Below are positions 36,777-45,945 of a DNA stretch of 64,000 bases, piece after piece. Below the pieces are notes generated by a model. That model did no database searches. It had not been told where the DNA came from and worked only from the letters and a program-made list of their open reading frames with translations. This stretch comes from a virus. Taxonomy: Duplodnaviria > Caudoviricetes. The position numbers and the translations under genes were made by a program. The stretch lies in the IMG/VR virus record IMGVR_UViG_3300027974_001530, one strand, 5' to 3'. Position 1 is the first letter of the stretch. Each line of letters opens with the position of its first letter.

Positions 36777-37162
36777 AATTTTATATTAAAACGATTACGC
36801 ATTTGTTCTAACTTATCTTCAGGTACTCCATGTTGGTTTACTCCCCCATGCCTGTTTTCAACTACCACTGAAAAAACAGTATACCCATATTCTTTTGCCA
36901 ATTCAAAGTATACTTCAAGTTCCCACTCTTGTGTTGAGGTATTGGAAACCACAATCTTTGGGTACTCCAATATCATGTCTGTTTTAATCATTCCTTGGCA
37001 CCATTGGTGAGCATCTTTGATTTTAGTAAAATCAAAATTATATTCCCCATTCTCACTAATGAAGAACATATCCGCTTCATAATGTTGCCCTCCCAAAGTT
37101 TTTGCAAATGTTGATTTTCCTGATCCCGGAATTCCTCTAACAATATATAATACTTTTTCCAT
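36773..37162 (-). CDS. P-loop kinase (AAA_33 / polynucleotide-kinase-like)
   Basis: GIPGSGKST; IVVSNT. Confidence 0.85.
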   Translation of the reverse strand: MEKVLYIVRGIPGSGKSTFAKTLGGQHYEADMFFISENGEYNFDFTKIKDAHQWCQGMIKTDMILEYPKIVVSNTSTQEWELEVYFELAKEYGYTVFSVVVENRHGGVNQHGVPEDKLEQMRNRFNIKL

Positions 37163-37165
37163 ATC

Positions 37166-37378
37166 TTACGCCTTTACCCAACCAAAATTATTTCCAGGAT
37201 TAACTTTAATCATCCCTTTTTCTAACAAATCAAAAGCAATATTCCAAGCCTTGTACGCGATTACTTTATCATAACCCTTTTTATCTTTAGTGGTGTAAAA
37301 AACATAATCAAATTGCCATACAACACCCTCTCTTTCCAAGAGATCCATAAATAATTGTTCTTTCTTTGTTATTTTCAT
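37166..37378 (-). CDS. hypothetical protein (start MKITKK)
   Basis: Promoter TTTG-N19-TATCTTTG at 37383-37413 fixes the start. Confidence 0.7.
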   Translation of the reverse strand: MKITKKEQLFMDLLEREGVVWQFDYVFYTTKDKKGYDKVIAYKAWNIAFDLLEKGMIKVNPGNNFGWVKA

Positions 37379-37500
37379 AAGACAAAGATAATGTTTTTTT
37401 TTAAATAAACAAAAAAAAGGAACCATTTCTGATTCCTTTTTAGGGTCGCACAAGGATTGTGTCGATCTTCCACCACTTTGTTTTAAAGTTAACAAAGAAA

Positions 37501-37776
37501 CTATTTTGTCACAAGTGCCTCAATTTTACTCTTAACTTGTTCTACCATTGTTATTTCCTTTATGTTTGTAACAATAACAGAGTCTTTTAGAATTCTATTA
37601 GGTATGTTCACAAAAAATGTATCTCCATTGAAGAATGTAAGGTCTTCTCCTAATTCAACACACCCGTGTATCATTTTAAGGAACAATTTAAATTGTATTT
37701 GGTCCATGAAAGTTTCGTTGATAAGATCACCAAACTTTTCATTCATAACTCTAATATTAAAACCCGTCTTATTCAT
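37501..37776 (-). CDS. hypothetical protein (start MNKTGF)
   Basis: Promoter TTTG-N20-TATATTTG at 37781-37812. Confidence 0.75.
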   Translation of the reverse strand: MNKTGFNIRVMNEKFGDLINETFMDQIQFKLFLKMIHGCVELGEDLTFFNGDTFFVNIPNRILKDSVIVTNIKEITMVEQVKSKIEALVTK

Positions 37777-37823
37777 ACCACAAATATACATTATTTATTT
37801 AAAAACCACAAATTTTATTATAA

Positions 37824-38015
37824 TTAATTTTTCATTTCTAACCAAATTTCATTCAACTTGTCAATTGAGATCTCCTGACTAAGGTCTTCGTATCTGTTTG
37901 TTAGGATTTTAACAAACCGAATTCTTTCTTTAGCCAACTCAGGATTAAATCCCATTTCAATCAATGCGTCGCTAAGATGACTATTCACGGCAATATACAA
38001 TTTAGTGCTTCTCAT
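37824..38015 (-). CDS. hypothetical protein
   Basis: ORF track; TAnnTTTG at 38030-38037. Confidence 0.7.
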   Translation of the reverse strand: MRSTKLYIAVNSHLSDALIEMGFNPELAKERIRFVKILTNRYEDLSQEISIDKLNEIWLEMKN

Positions 38016-38052
38016 ATTTTTTATTTAGACAAATATAAAAGAAAATATTAGA

Positions 38053-38093
38053 TAAAAAAAATCCACAAAGAAATTTTACAATTTTGTGGATTT
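38053..38093. terminator. strong hairpin terminator
   Basis: AAATCCACAAA...TTTGTGGATTT with an A run. Confidence 0.65.
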
Positions 38094-38171
38094 AATTTTG
38101 ATAAACCATTACTAGTTTTGAAAGGGGTAATGCTTTTTGTGTTAAATAAATATATGGTACTTTAACAAAAA

Positions 38172-38597
38172 TCAATCTTTATTAAAGATATTCATAATTA
38201 TTTTCTTAAAATCTTTGTTTTTTTCATTTAATGGGTTATTTGTTTTTGTAAAATACCCACATTTGGTATGTTCAAACCCATCTCTAGCCTTTTTTAGATC
38301 CGGATTAATTTCTTGATTTGTATTATATTGATATACATACATAAGACCTTTTTTAGTTTCTCCATCTCTTTTGTACATATTAAGAATGTCAACAATATTT
38401 AAATCACCTTTTAATTTAATATTAGTTTCCTCATAAAACTCCCTTATAGCCGCCTCTTTTGGGGTTTCATTTCCTTCAACCTTACCAGATGGTATGGACC
38501 ATTCATTTGGTAAAGTTTTATTCGGTGACCTTTTACAAAGTAAAACTTTATCTTTGTTTTTTACCACCACACCTGAATATCTGTTAAATTCTGCCAT
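38172..38597 (-). CDS. NUDIX hydrolase
   Basis: SGKVEGNETPKEAAIREFYEETN Nudix box; start MAEFNRY. Confidence 0.9.
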   Translation of the reverse strand: MAEFNRYSGVVVKNKDKVLLCKRSPNKTLPNEWSIPSGKVEGNETPKEAAIREFYEETNIKLKGDLNIVDILNMYKRDGETKKGLMYVYQYNTNQEINPDLKKARDGFEHTKCGYFTKTNNPLNEKNKDFKKIIMNIFNKD

Positions 38598-38603
38598 GTT
38601 AAT

Positions 38604-38617
38604 ATATTTATAAATAT
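38604..38617. promoter_or_regulatory. perfect palindrome ATATTTATAAATAT between divergent genes
   Basis: Presents TATTTAT on both strands within an 18-bp gap between ATGs. Confidence 0.6.
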
Positions 38618-38963
38618 GGATATAATCATAAATAATAACAAATACACAGTTAAACCTGTTATCACACAAAAAGATATCTCAAATGGAATGATGAATAAAA
38701 AATTCAATAATTCTTTTGATGGTATGTTATTTATTATGGAAGATGGTGATCATAGTTTTTGGATGAAAAACTGTATAATCCCTTTAGATATTATATTCAT
38801 AAAAAATAACGAAGTAACGGAAATACACCACAACTGTCTTCCTTGTAAAGAAGAAGAGTGTGAAAGATTTGAAGGGTATGGTGATATGATATTAGAAATA
38901 CCGGCAGGACATTGTGAAGAATATAATATCGTTGAGGGTAATAAGATTACTTTTCACTATTAA
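38616..38963 (+). CDS. DUF192 family protein
   Basis: GM...DGMLF...HSFWMKNCIIPLDIIFI...ILEIPAG. Confidence 0.88.
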   Translation: MDIIINNNKYTVKPVITQKDISNGMMNKKFNNSFDGMLFIMEDGDHSFWMKNCIIPLDIIFIKNNEVTEIHHNCLPCKEEECERFEGYGDMILEIPAGHCEEYNIVEGNKITFHY

Positions 38964-40326
38964 TCTTTGTTTGTAAAATTTCGTAAAACTTCTGTTGTAT
39001 TTCTTTTGTTAGATCAACATAACTTTTTTGTCCATTCCCATCTTTTTTTCTATATAAAGAATTAATACCTGAAATATTAGTAATACATTTATGTCCACCT
39101 GAATTAGCATTTATGATGTCTCTACCATTTAACACAACTTTGTCCAATAGTGCAACTTGTTTTACACTTAAATTTCTGTAAGGTCTATCCATTATATTTT
39201 CTATAATCGGGAACAATGTCTCTTTTCTACCAAAAACTTTTAAGGAAGGACTTTTGCCATATATCGCCATAAAGTCTTTGAATGTAAATCCGACTGATTT
39301 GAATGTTGCTTTTTGTTCTGAAACAACTTTTAATGTTGATAATGGGACTATAATACTTTCTAATTCTGGATTCATCTCATCCAAAACCTCATTTTTTATT
39401 TCACCTAAATCAACACCTTTAAGTGCTCTTTCTTTTTTATATGGGTTACAGGAAGCCTGAACTAATCCCATTGGCCAAGCAATAACTAAAAAGTCAGCGT
39501 CAGGATTATTTTTAAAAGGCGTGTATCTATCGTAAGATCCTTGTGGTGTCATATAACCTCCACCGTATTGTACCAATATGTTTCCACTAACATTTACGTT
39601 AGGACTAACATTCATACTTTGAATATATTTTTGTTGGTTTTGTGTTAGTTTTTCTTCATTATCAAAACCTTCTCTTTTCATTATAGATTTTATCTTAAGT
39701 AGTATATTAAGTAAAGAAGGTTTACAATCTAAAACTAATTCCTCTAAGAATCCTGGTTTGTTTTTAAATGCCAATAGTAATTTGTTTGCAACTAATCCCA
39801 TTAACATTTTATTTCTTTTAACGTCAGAATTTCTATCTATCTTAAATAGATAATTTATAACTTCATCAACAGAAATATTATATTGAGCAAAATTTGCGGA
39901 GTCTACGGTAGAAATTAATGTAATATCTTCATTAGGGAATATTTCTTTAGGTGAAACACTTTGAGATATTGTCTCTACATTAGATCTTGAACTTCTAAAA
40001 GAAGTTGCAGTTCCGTCCTCAACTCCGGCTTGAGTGTCGTGGTGATCTGTATGAATAACAAACATTGGTTTACCGTGAGCAAAATCAACTAAAACAGGCA
40101 TTATATCACCTTTAGCGTCTAATTTTTTAATTGCAAACTCTTTATCTCCATATTGAATAATTTCAGCATCCACAACATTTATGTTATTTGACTCTAAATA
40201 TTCTTTCATCGCAATGGCGGTTGTTACACCATCTAAATCTTGATGAAAATAAATTTTTGCTTTAGGGTATCTTTTTGATAAATTTTTGATGTCTCTAATA
40301 CCCGATTCTTTAATTAGTCTTTTCAT
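38947..40326 (-). CDS. DHH-family phosphoesterase-like protein with MKRLIKES leader
   Basis: HQDLDG, VDF, TDHH, DS, GGH motifs; TATTTAT at 40332-40338. Confidence 0.75.
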   Translation of the reverse strand: MKRLIKESGIRDIKNLSKRYPKAKIYFHQDLDGVTTAIAMKEYLESNNINVVDAEIIQYGDKEFAIKKLDAKGDIMPVLVDFAHGKPMFVIHTDHHDTQAGVEDGTATSFRSSRSNVETISQSVSPKEIFPNEDITLISTVDSANFAQYNISVDEVINYLFKIDRNSDVKRNKMLMGLVANKLLLAFKNKPGFLEELVLDCKPSLLNILLKIKSIMKREGFDNEEKLTQNQQKYIQSMNVSPNVNVSGNILVQYGGGYMTPQGSYDRYTPFKNNPDADFLVIAWPMGLVQASCNPYKKERALKGVDLGEIKNEVLDEMNPELESIIVPLSTLKVVSEQKATFKSVGFTFKDFMAIYGKSPSLKVFGRKETLFPIIENIMDRPYRNLSVKQVALLDKVVLNGRDIINANSGGHKCITNISGINSLYRKKDGNGQKSYVDLTKEIQQKFYEILQTKINSEK

Positions 40327-40361
40327 ACTAAATAAATACCATATAAAATAAAAAACCCCAT

Positions 40362-41213
40362 TTATGAAAATGGGATTTCTTTTATTTGACCTAATGTTTT
40401 AAAATATTCAACTCTTGTTTTGGCAATCTCAGTATAATTTGGTGATAACTCAATACCCAACCATCTACGCCCCAATATCTCTGCTGCTACCAAACTTGTT
40501 CCTGACCCAACAAATGGGTCTAATACTACATCGTTTTTGTAGGACAATATTTTAATCGCCTTTGTTGGGATGTCCATTGAGAAGGTCGCCTTGGTGAGTG
40601 ATTTAGTATCTGCAAAGTAATTCCACTGACCAAAAACAAGTTCCATAAATTCTTTCTTATCTTGTTCTTCATATACCACTTTATTTTTTATGGTTCCATC
40701 CTCCTGAATAATTTCAGTTGGTGTTCCCTTCCACTGTGGTTCTCCTTTAACCTTTTTGATGTGTAATTTTTTATAACCCAAAATAACACATTCTTTTGGG
40801 TTATATATATAAGGACTTGACGGTGACATCCAAGATCCCCACGCAGTTGTTTTACTACGATGAGGTGATTGTTCTTCAAGGTCAACAATACCAAAGAACC
40901 CAAACCCTATCTCTTTCATTATTTGATACATCTCAGAAACAAAAAAGATTCTTCCTCCTTTCTTTTGTCTGTTAATTTCATACGGTATGTTTAACGCAAT
41001 TCTACCATCATCTTTTAACACATTATAGGCTTCAGTTAACCAATTCCTTGCAAAGACCAAGTATTCTTGAAACTCCACGTCATCATCATGAGTATCATAA
41101 GCAATACCAACACCGTATGGTGGTGAGGTAACAATTAAATCAACACAACCTTCAGGTAAGGTTTTCATCACTTCAACACAATCTCCAGTTATTATTTTTC
41201 CTGTTTCTATCAT
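40362..41213 (-). CDS. site-specific DNA methyltransferase (N4-C/N6-A, beta arrangement)
   Basis: GDC, VTSPPY before VLDPFVGSGTS. Confidence 0.92.
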   Translation of the reverse strand: MIETGKIITGDCVEVMKTLPEGCVDLIVTSPPYGVGIAYDTHDDDVEFQEYLVFARNWLTEAYNVLKDDGRIALNIPYEINRQKKGGRIFFVSEMYQIMKEIGFGFFGIVDLEEQSPHRSKTTAWGSWMSPSSPYIYNPKECVILGYKKLHIKKVKGEPQWKGTPTEIIQEDGTIKNKVVYEEQDKKEFMELVFGQWNYFADTKSLTKATFSMDIPTKAIKILSYKNDVVLDPFVGSGTSLVAAEILGRRWLGIELSPNYTEIAKTRVEYFKTLGQIKEIPFS

Positions 41214-41425
41214 TTTTTTTCCAATGTTTTAATGTGATGTTGTAAATACCAAAGTGCCTTTTTAAGATCTTCAAGTTCTTTATCTTTATTTTTCTTACCT
41301 GCTCTTGAGATATATTTTACGGTGTTTCCTAAACTAAAACCCAAATCCCAAGCATCAATGACTTTGATTGCTTCGTATGGATTTTCTTCACCACCGTAAT
41401 GGTTGGGGTGATTAACTTGTTCCAT
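41210..41425 (-). CDS. DUF3310 protein
   Basis: VNHPNHY, FSLGNTVKYISRAGKK, EDLKKALWYL. Confidence 0.9.
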   Translation of the reverse strand: MEQVNHPNHYGGEENPYEAIKVIDAWDLGFSLGNTVKYISRAGKKNKDKELEDLKKALWYLQHHIKTLEKK

Positions 41426-42196
41426 TTAAATCGTTTCTTTTTCTTTTTTAAAATTTTCTGAGATTTTTTTCTGATTAATATATGAAATCAGTTTTCTTTT
41501 AAAGATAGGTAACAATGTTTCCTGTATTGGAAAAATCCCTTTACTTGTCATTTCAAAAACCGGTAACTTATTATTTTCAGAATTCCATATTGAAAAATTA
41601 TTAATTATTTTTGTAAATGTCAAATCTTTAACGTCAGAATAAATTAAATTTACCTTTGTTTTACTTTCCATGGAACCTTTGGCCGCCGGTTTTATGTTAT
41701 ATTCCCAAACATGTATTTTATTATCTGATGTGTTGTTGAAGTAGAAGTACCCGGTGTCTGACAGGGTTTCTTTTGCTCTTCTATTTGGTTTTATGTCCAC
41801 ATTCTCATAAACTATTGTCCAAACAGATTTTGCTATGTTAAAATACTCTAACATTCTAGGGGCACTATAACTTAATATTTGTATAAATTCTTTTGATTCA
41901 TCATCATTTAGTTCAGGTATCTCTTTTAACTTTAGATCCTTAACTAATAACTCATCGTCTACTGAGTCTAATTTCTTATTTGTGTAGATAATTTTTTTAT
42001 CTTTAATAAGTGTCTGCAAATTTGCGAGATGTAATGAAAGTTCTATGAATCCAGGATAAAGTTCCATTTTATCAAGTTTATCTCCCATTTTTTGAAAGTA
42101 CGACAATAATTTATATTCTTTGTGTTCTCTGTCAATTGGTTTTTCGAACATCCAATCGGTGTCCATCAAAAATTCTATTTTCTTTTTTCTTCTCAT
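41426..42196 (-). CDS. hypothetical protein
   Basis: ORF track. Confidence 0.75.
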   Translation of the reverse strand: MRRKKKIEFLMDTDWMFEKPIDREHKEYKLLSYFQKMGDKLDKMELYPGFIELSLHLANLQTLIKDKKIIYTNKKLDSVDDELLVKDLKLKEIPELNDDESKEFIQILSYSAPRMLEYFNIAKSVWTIVYENVDIKPNRRAKETLSDTGYFYFNNTSDNKIHVWEYNIKPAAKGSMESKTKVNLIYSDVKDLTFTKIINNFSIWNSENNKLPVFEMTSKGIFPIQETLLPIFKRKLISYINQKKISENFKKEKETI

Positions 42197-42235
42197 TTGA
42201 CATAATAATAATCATAATTTGTTAATCAGTAAATA

Positions 42236-43747
42236 TTAGTCTATTCTCATTACAACATAATTAGTACCATTAATGTTAACTGTATCATAACTACCATCAT
42301 AACCATTTAAATCACCATAATCCCCATTTCTAACTAAATCATCTAATAACTCTCTTGTATCAATAAAATCGGCAATATCCCCACCCATATTATCTAACCA
42401 TCCGGCTGGATCATAACCTATCTCATTTTCTAAGTAATTATCAACCGCCTCTTCAATACTACTTTCGTCAGGATCCCCATCAGGACTTTCTTTTATATCA
42501 TCTATCTCTGAGTCTATTTCACTAATCCTATTTTCACGATCGGTTTCATGTTCTTCGGTGTCCTCATCGTCATATAATTGTCTTGGTGGAACAACTTGAC
42601 CCTCCTTATATAATATTGAATTATTTCCTTCTCTTCTATATTGTAATTCATTATCCTCAGAATCATAAAAATCAAATGTTCCATCTTTTTCTTTTGATGG
42701 GTACCTGATTGGGGCTCTTACTCCTTCATTTTCGTAAACCCATTTTTCCATTTCTAGTAACCAAATTTCTTCTTCTTGAGAATTACTTAATTCTTTTTCA
42801 ACCCCGTAACTATCAGGTTCATCTCTTATCCATTCTTCTACAGAATCCCTATAATATTCTTTTATTTTATCTTCATCAACATAACTTGATAGAGTTTCTT
42901 TAGAAAAATAATTATCAAGGTCATCAATTTGTTGTTCATAATAATCCTCCAATGAATCATCGGCTTCCCTATATTCACCAACCGCAAATCTCATTTTTGT
43001 TGACAATGACTCAAACTCGGCCAAATTATAATGGGAACCTGTCGGATATAGATCATATACATCATTTTTATCTTCAATTAATCTATCAATGTCTTCTTGT
43101 ATACTATCTATTTCTTCTTGTATCTCATCAAATTTGTCACTGTAGTCATATTCATCAGTATCTGTACTTAAATTTTCTTGCTCTTCTTCTTTATTTTTTA
43201 TTCTTATTTTAAGTTCCTTAAGTTCTATTTTTTCGTCATCATCAAGAGATTGTAAATGCCCATCATTTACCGCATATTGAAAAACCGCATTGGCTCTTGG
43301 ACTTTCGTAACCAGTATTTTCTATATCCCAATCACCATCTTCTCTTTTTTCATTTTGTTCATTATATTTGGCTTGTAGTTGTCTTCTTTCAATAACCTTT
43401 TCGTAAGGGGTTTGCCAAAAAGTTTTATGTCCCGTAACCTTAACATCATCCAATGATTTAACATTTGTGTATGAAACATTCAAACCTCCTTCAACCTCAA
43501 TGTCCCCAATTTTATAAATCTTTTGTTTACCATCAACATTACTAAGATTAAGGTCACCTTTAACAACAAGTTTTTTACCCCTAAATTTTGGTAAATAAGG
43601 TATTGCATGAGCCATAAAACCAACTTGTCTTAAATATTGCATATATTGTTCAGGTGAAATATAAACTTTTTCAATTTCATCTTCTTTAATTAATTTAAGA
43701 ATAATACTAACAAGTTTATTTTCAGTAAGTCTTATTTTCTTTTTCAT
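42236..43747 (-). CDS. acidic protein with MKKKIRLTE..L..II.KLIKE leader and a short LRR-like segment
   Basis: VKGDLNLS...VEGGLNVSYTNVKSL; TATTTAT at 43754-43760. Confidence 0.75.
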   Translation of the reverse strand: MKKKIRLTENKLVSIILKLIKEDEIEKVYISPEQYMQYLRQVGFMAHAIPYLPKFRGKKLVVKGDLNLSNVDGKQKIYKIGDIEVEGGLNVSYTNVKSLDDVKVTGHKTFWQTPYEKVIERRQLQAKYNEQNEKREDGDWDIENTGYESPRANAVFQYAVNDGHLQSLDDDEKIELKELKIRIKNKEEEQENLSTDTDEYDYSDKFDEIQEEIDSIQEDIDRLIEDKNDVYDLYPTGSHYNLAEFESLSTKMRFAVGEYREADDSLEDYYEQQIDDLDNYFSKETLSSYVDEDKIKEYYRDSVEEWIRDEPDSYGVEKELSNSQEEEIWLLEMEKWVYENEGVRAPIRYPSKEKDGTFDFYDSEDNELQYRREGNNSILYKEGQVVPPRQLYDDEDTEEHETDRENRISEIDSEIDDIKESPDGDPDESSIEEAVDNYLENEIGYDPAGWLDNMGGDIADFIDTRELLDDLVRNGDYGDLNGYDGSYDTVNINGTNYVVMRID

Positions 43748-43828
43748 ATAACAATAAATATGAAACATTTACAAATAAGACAATAGACTGATATTTATGT
43801 TTAAATAAACATTAAAAAACAATTTGTT

Positions 43829-43972
43829 ATGGGATGTGGTTGTAAAAATAAAGGAAATCAACAAGCTTCAGCTCCTCAACAGGCAGCAAGACCTCAAAAT
43901 GAACAGGTTAAAAATCAATCAGTTCAAGAGTCAGTAAAGAAGATAGTTGAAAAATATTATAATAAAAAGTAA
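43829..43972 (+). CDS. 47-aa microprotein MGCGCKNKGNQQASAPQQAARPQNEQVKNQSVQESVKKIVEKYYNKK
   Basis: Manual translation; TATTTAT at 43792-43798; terminator follows. Confidence 0.7.
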   Translation: MGCGCKNKGNQQASAPQQAARPQNEQVKNQSVQESVKKIVEKYYNKK

Positions 43973-43998
43973 TTAATTTCCTTTGGCCAAAGAAATTA

Positions 43999-44023
43999 AG
44001 GTGGAGTTTTTTCCACCTTTTTT
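43999..44023 (+). terminator. terminator
   Basis: AAGGTGGA-loop-TCCACCTT followed by a T run. Confidence 0.65.
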
Positions 44024-44035
44024 GTATTTATAATT

Positions 44036-45148
44036 ATGGACAATTCAAACTTAAAAGAACTAATTGAACTATTCAATAATGGGTATTGGGAAAAGAGCGT
44101 AAAACCATACTTTAAAAGAGTCCGTACTTTTTTAAAGTACGTTGCAGTAAAAGGTTTATCTGAAGAAATTAGTGTTGAGGTATTAGATAGTGAAGATTAT
44201 AATGAAGGTCCTGATTTTTTTGGGTTTTTAAATGAGAATGGTTATTTAAAAGGAAAAGAGTATGATGACTTTGATAATGAACTTAGAAATTACTTTTTAT
44301 CTTATTGGATTTCAGTTGCTCCAAATAACGCATTTAAATATATAACGAATAATATTATAACCGATGTAGAAATTAGAGATGATGGATTTTGGTTATATTT
44401 AAGGGATCGAGATGAATTGGCCCCTCTTTTTGATGGTAGAGGTCGTGATACGACGGCTAGAAATGTTGCCGAACATGTTTTTGGTGAAGATATGTGGGAA
44501 CCTTATTGGGACACAACATCTGACGTATATAGTGATGTAATTGAGGAACTTGATGAATCTAACTATAGACATTTAGAAAATTATATTTTAAAAATGATCG
44601 GTAATCAGGATTTGGTTGTTGACGATTATAGTTCTGATTTTTTTCATGATTTGGCAAAGTCTCAAAATAGAGGCGAGTTTTTTATGATAACCCAAAATGA
44701 TGTTAATGAGTTACTAAAGGATTCTGAGGCAATGAACGAACTTCTTGATGGTGATCTATCCGATTTAAAAAGTGAATTATATTCTATACATAATAACGCC
44801 TATAATGGTGCATATCAAGATGAATGTTACGCACTTGTTTATGGTGGTCTTGAGGAATTTTTTTCCTCTAAGATTGAGGACGTTCAGATTAAGTCAGGAG
44901 ATAAAACAAAATGGGCATCGTATATTAAGATCGGGGATTTTAAAAGGGATATTATGGAATTTATTGGCCTTGAGGGTGGTAGTGGATATAATGAATCAAA
45001 TTTAGAATACTGGGGTGGTTATGTTAGTATGTTAGGACATCTAATGGATAATGATGTATATGACGAAATTGACTTTAGAGTACCTGATTATGCAGATTGG
45101 ACCTATATTAGAAAAAATATAAACGATCTTTTTACAGACTATATATAA
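44036..45148 (+). CDS. acidic 370-aa hypothetical protein
   Basis: ORF track; TATTTAT at 44025-44031. Confidence 0.8.
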   Translation: MDNSNLKELIELFNNGYWEKSVKPYFKRVRTFLKYVAVKGLSEEISVEVLDSEDYNEGPDFFGFLNENGYLKGKEYDDFDNELRNYFLSYWISVAPNNAFKYITNNIITDVEIRDDGFWLYLRDRDELAPLFDGRGRDTTARNVAEHVFGEDMWEPYWDTTSDVYSDVIEELDESNYRHLENYILKMIGNQDLVVDDYSSDFFHDLAKSQNRGEFFMITQNDVNELLKDSEAMNELLDGDLSDLKSELYSIHNNAYNGAYQDECYALVYGGLEEFFSSKIEDVQIKSGDKTKWASYIKIGDFKRDIMEFIGLEGGSGYNESNLEYWGGYVSMLGHLMDNDVYDEIDFRVPDYADWTYIRKNINDLFTDYI

Positions 45149-45223
45149 TACGTTTTTTAAACTAAATCACTTAACTATTTATATATTAAAATAAAACTCA
45201 TATCCATTATAAAAAAATAGATT

Positions 45224-45919
45224 ATGAGATTATTAAACAAAAATTCAAAAAGATTTATAGTAAATTTATTTTCTGATTTTATTCTTTCAAAGATAGATAA
45301 AACAGAAAAAACTATAATACAAGTTTCTGACTGTAATAGCTTTATTGTTGTCGCAGGTAAAAGTACCAGTAAGGAGATACTTGATCTACAATCAATAAAA
45401 GGAGAGTTCTTTATTAAATTTAAATCTTATTTAGATGACGTTGGTATTGATCACATGAATATAATTGATATAATCACCTATGGTGCAACTTTAGAACCAT
45501 TAGAATGTGGTTGGGTGAATGTTACTAAAGATCTGTATTATAATGTTCCTGAACCTGTGACAAACATTATAACGACTTCAGAATTTCCTTACGGACATAG
45601 TTTAAGTTGTGGTAGATCTATGGTGTATTACTCTAACTACATATTCAATCATATGTATAGTTTGCTTGGTGTAAAAGATTTAAAATTTTATTTCACAACT
45701 GATGTTGACTCTGATGAAGATTTTAAAATTGAAATTTTATCTAAATCTAAAGTTAGTCCTAATGAAATTAAATCTTTGATTTTGGATGTTTTTGATTTTA
45801 ACCTAAATGAGTTCAATAATAAATTAACTAACTATAACCTTATTGAAGACATTTTATACCAAGATAACAATAAGCCATACATGGTACAGGACAGATTAGA
45901 ACATGTAGTTTTATTATAA
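45224..45919 (+). CDS. possible degenerate S-adenosylmethionine synthetase (MetK)-fold protein
   Basis: By-eye similarity to the MetK N-terminus (SDFIL...IVVAGKSTS...DL..I) and C-terminus (KVSPNEIKSLILDVFDF); GHPDK absent. Confidence 0.4.
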   Translation: MRLLNKNSKRFIVNLFSDFILSKIDKTEKTIIQVSDCNSFIVVAGKSTSKEILDLQSIKGEFFIKFKSYLDDVGIDHMNIIDIITYGATLEPLECGWVNVTKDLYYNVPEPVTNIITTSEFPYGHSLSCGRSMVYYSNYIFNHMYSLLGVKDLKFYFTTDVDSDEDFKIEILSKSKVSPNEIKSLILDVFDFNLNEFNNKLTNYNLIEDILYQDNNKPYMVQDRLEHVVLL

Positions 45920-45945
45920 AGAAAAACCACTATTAGGTGGTTTTT

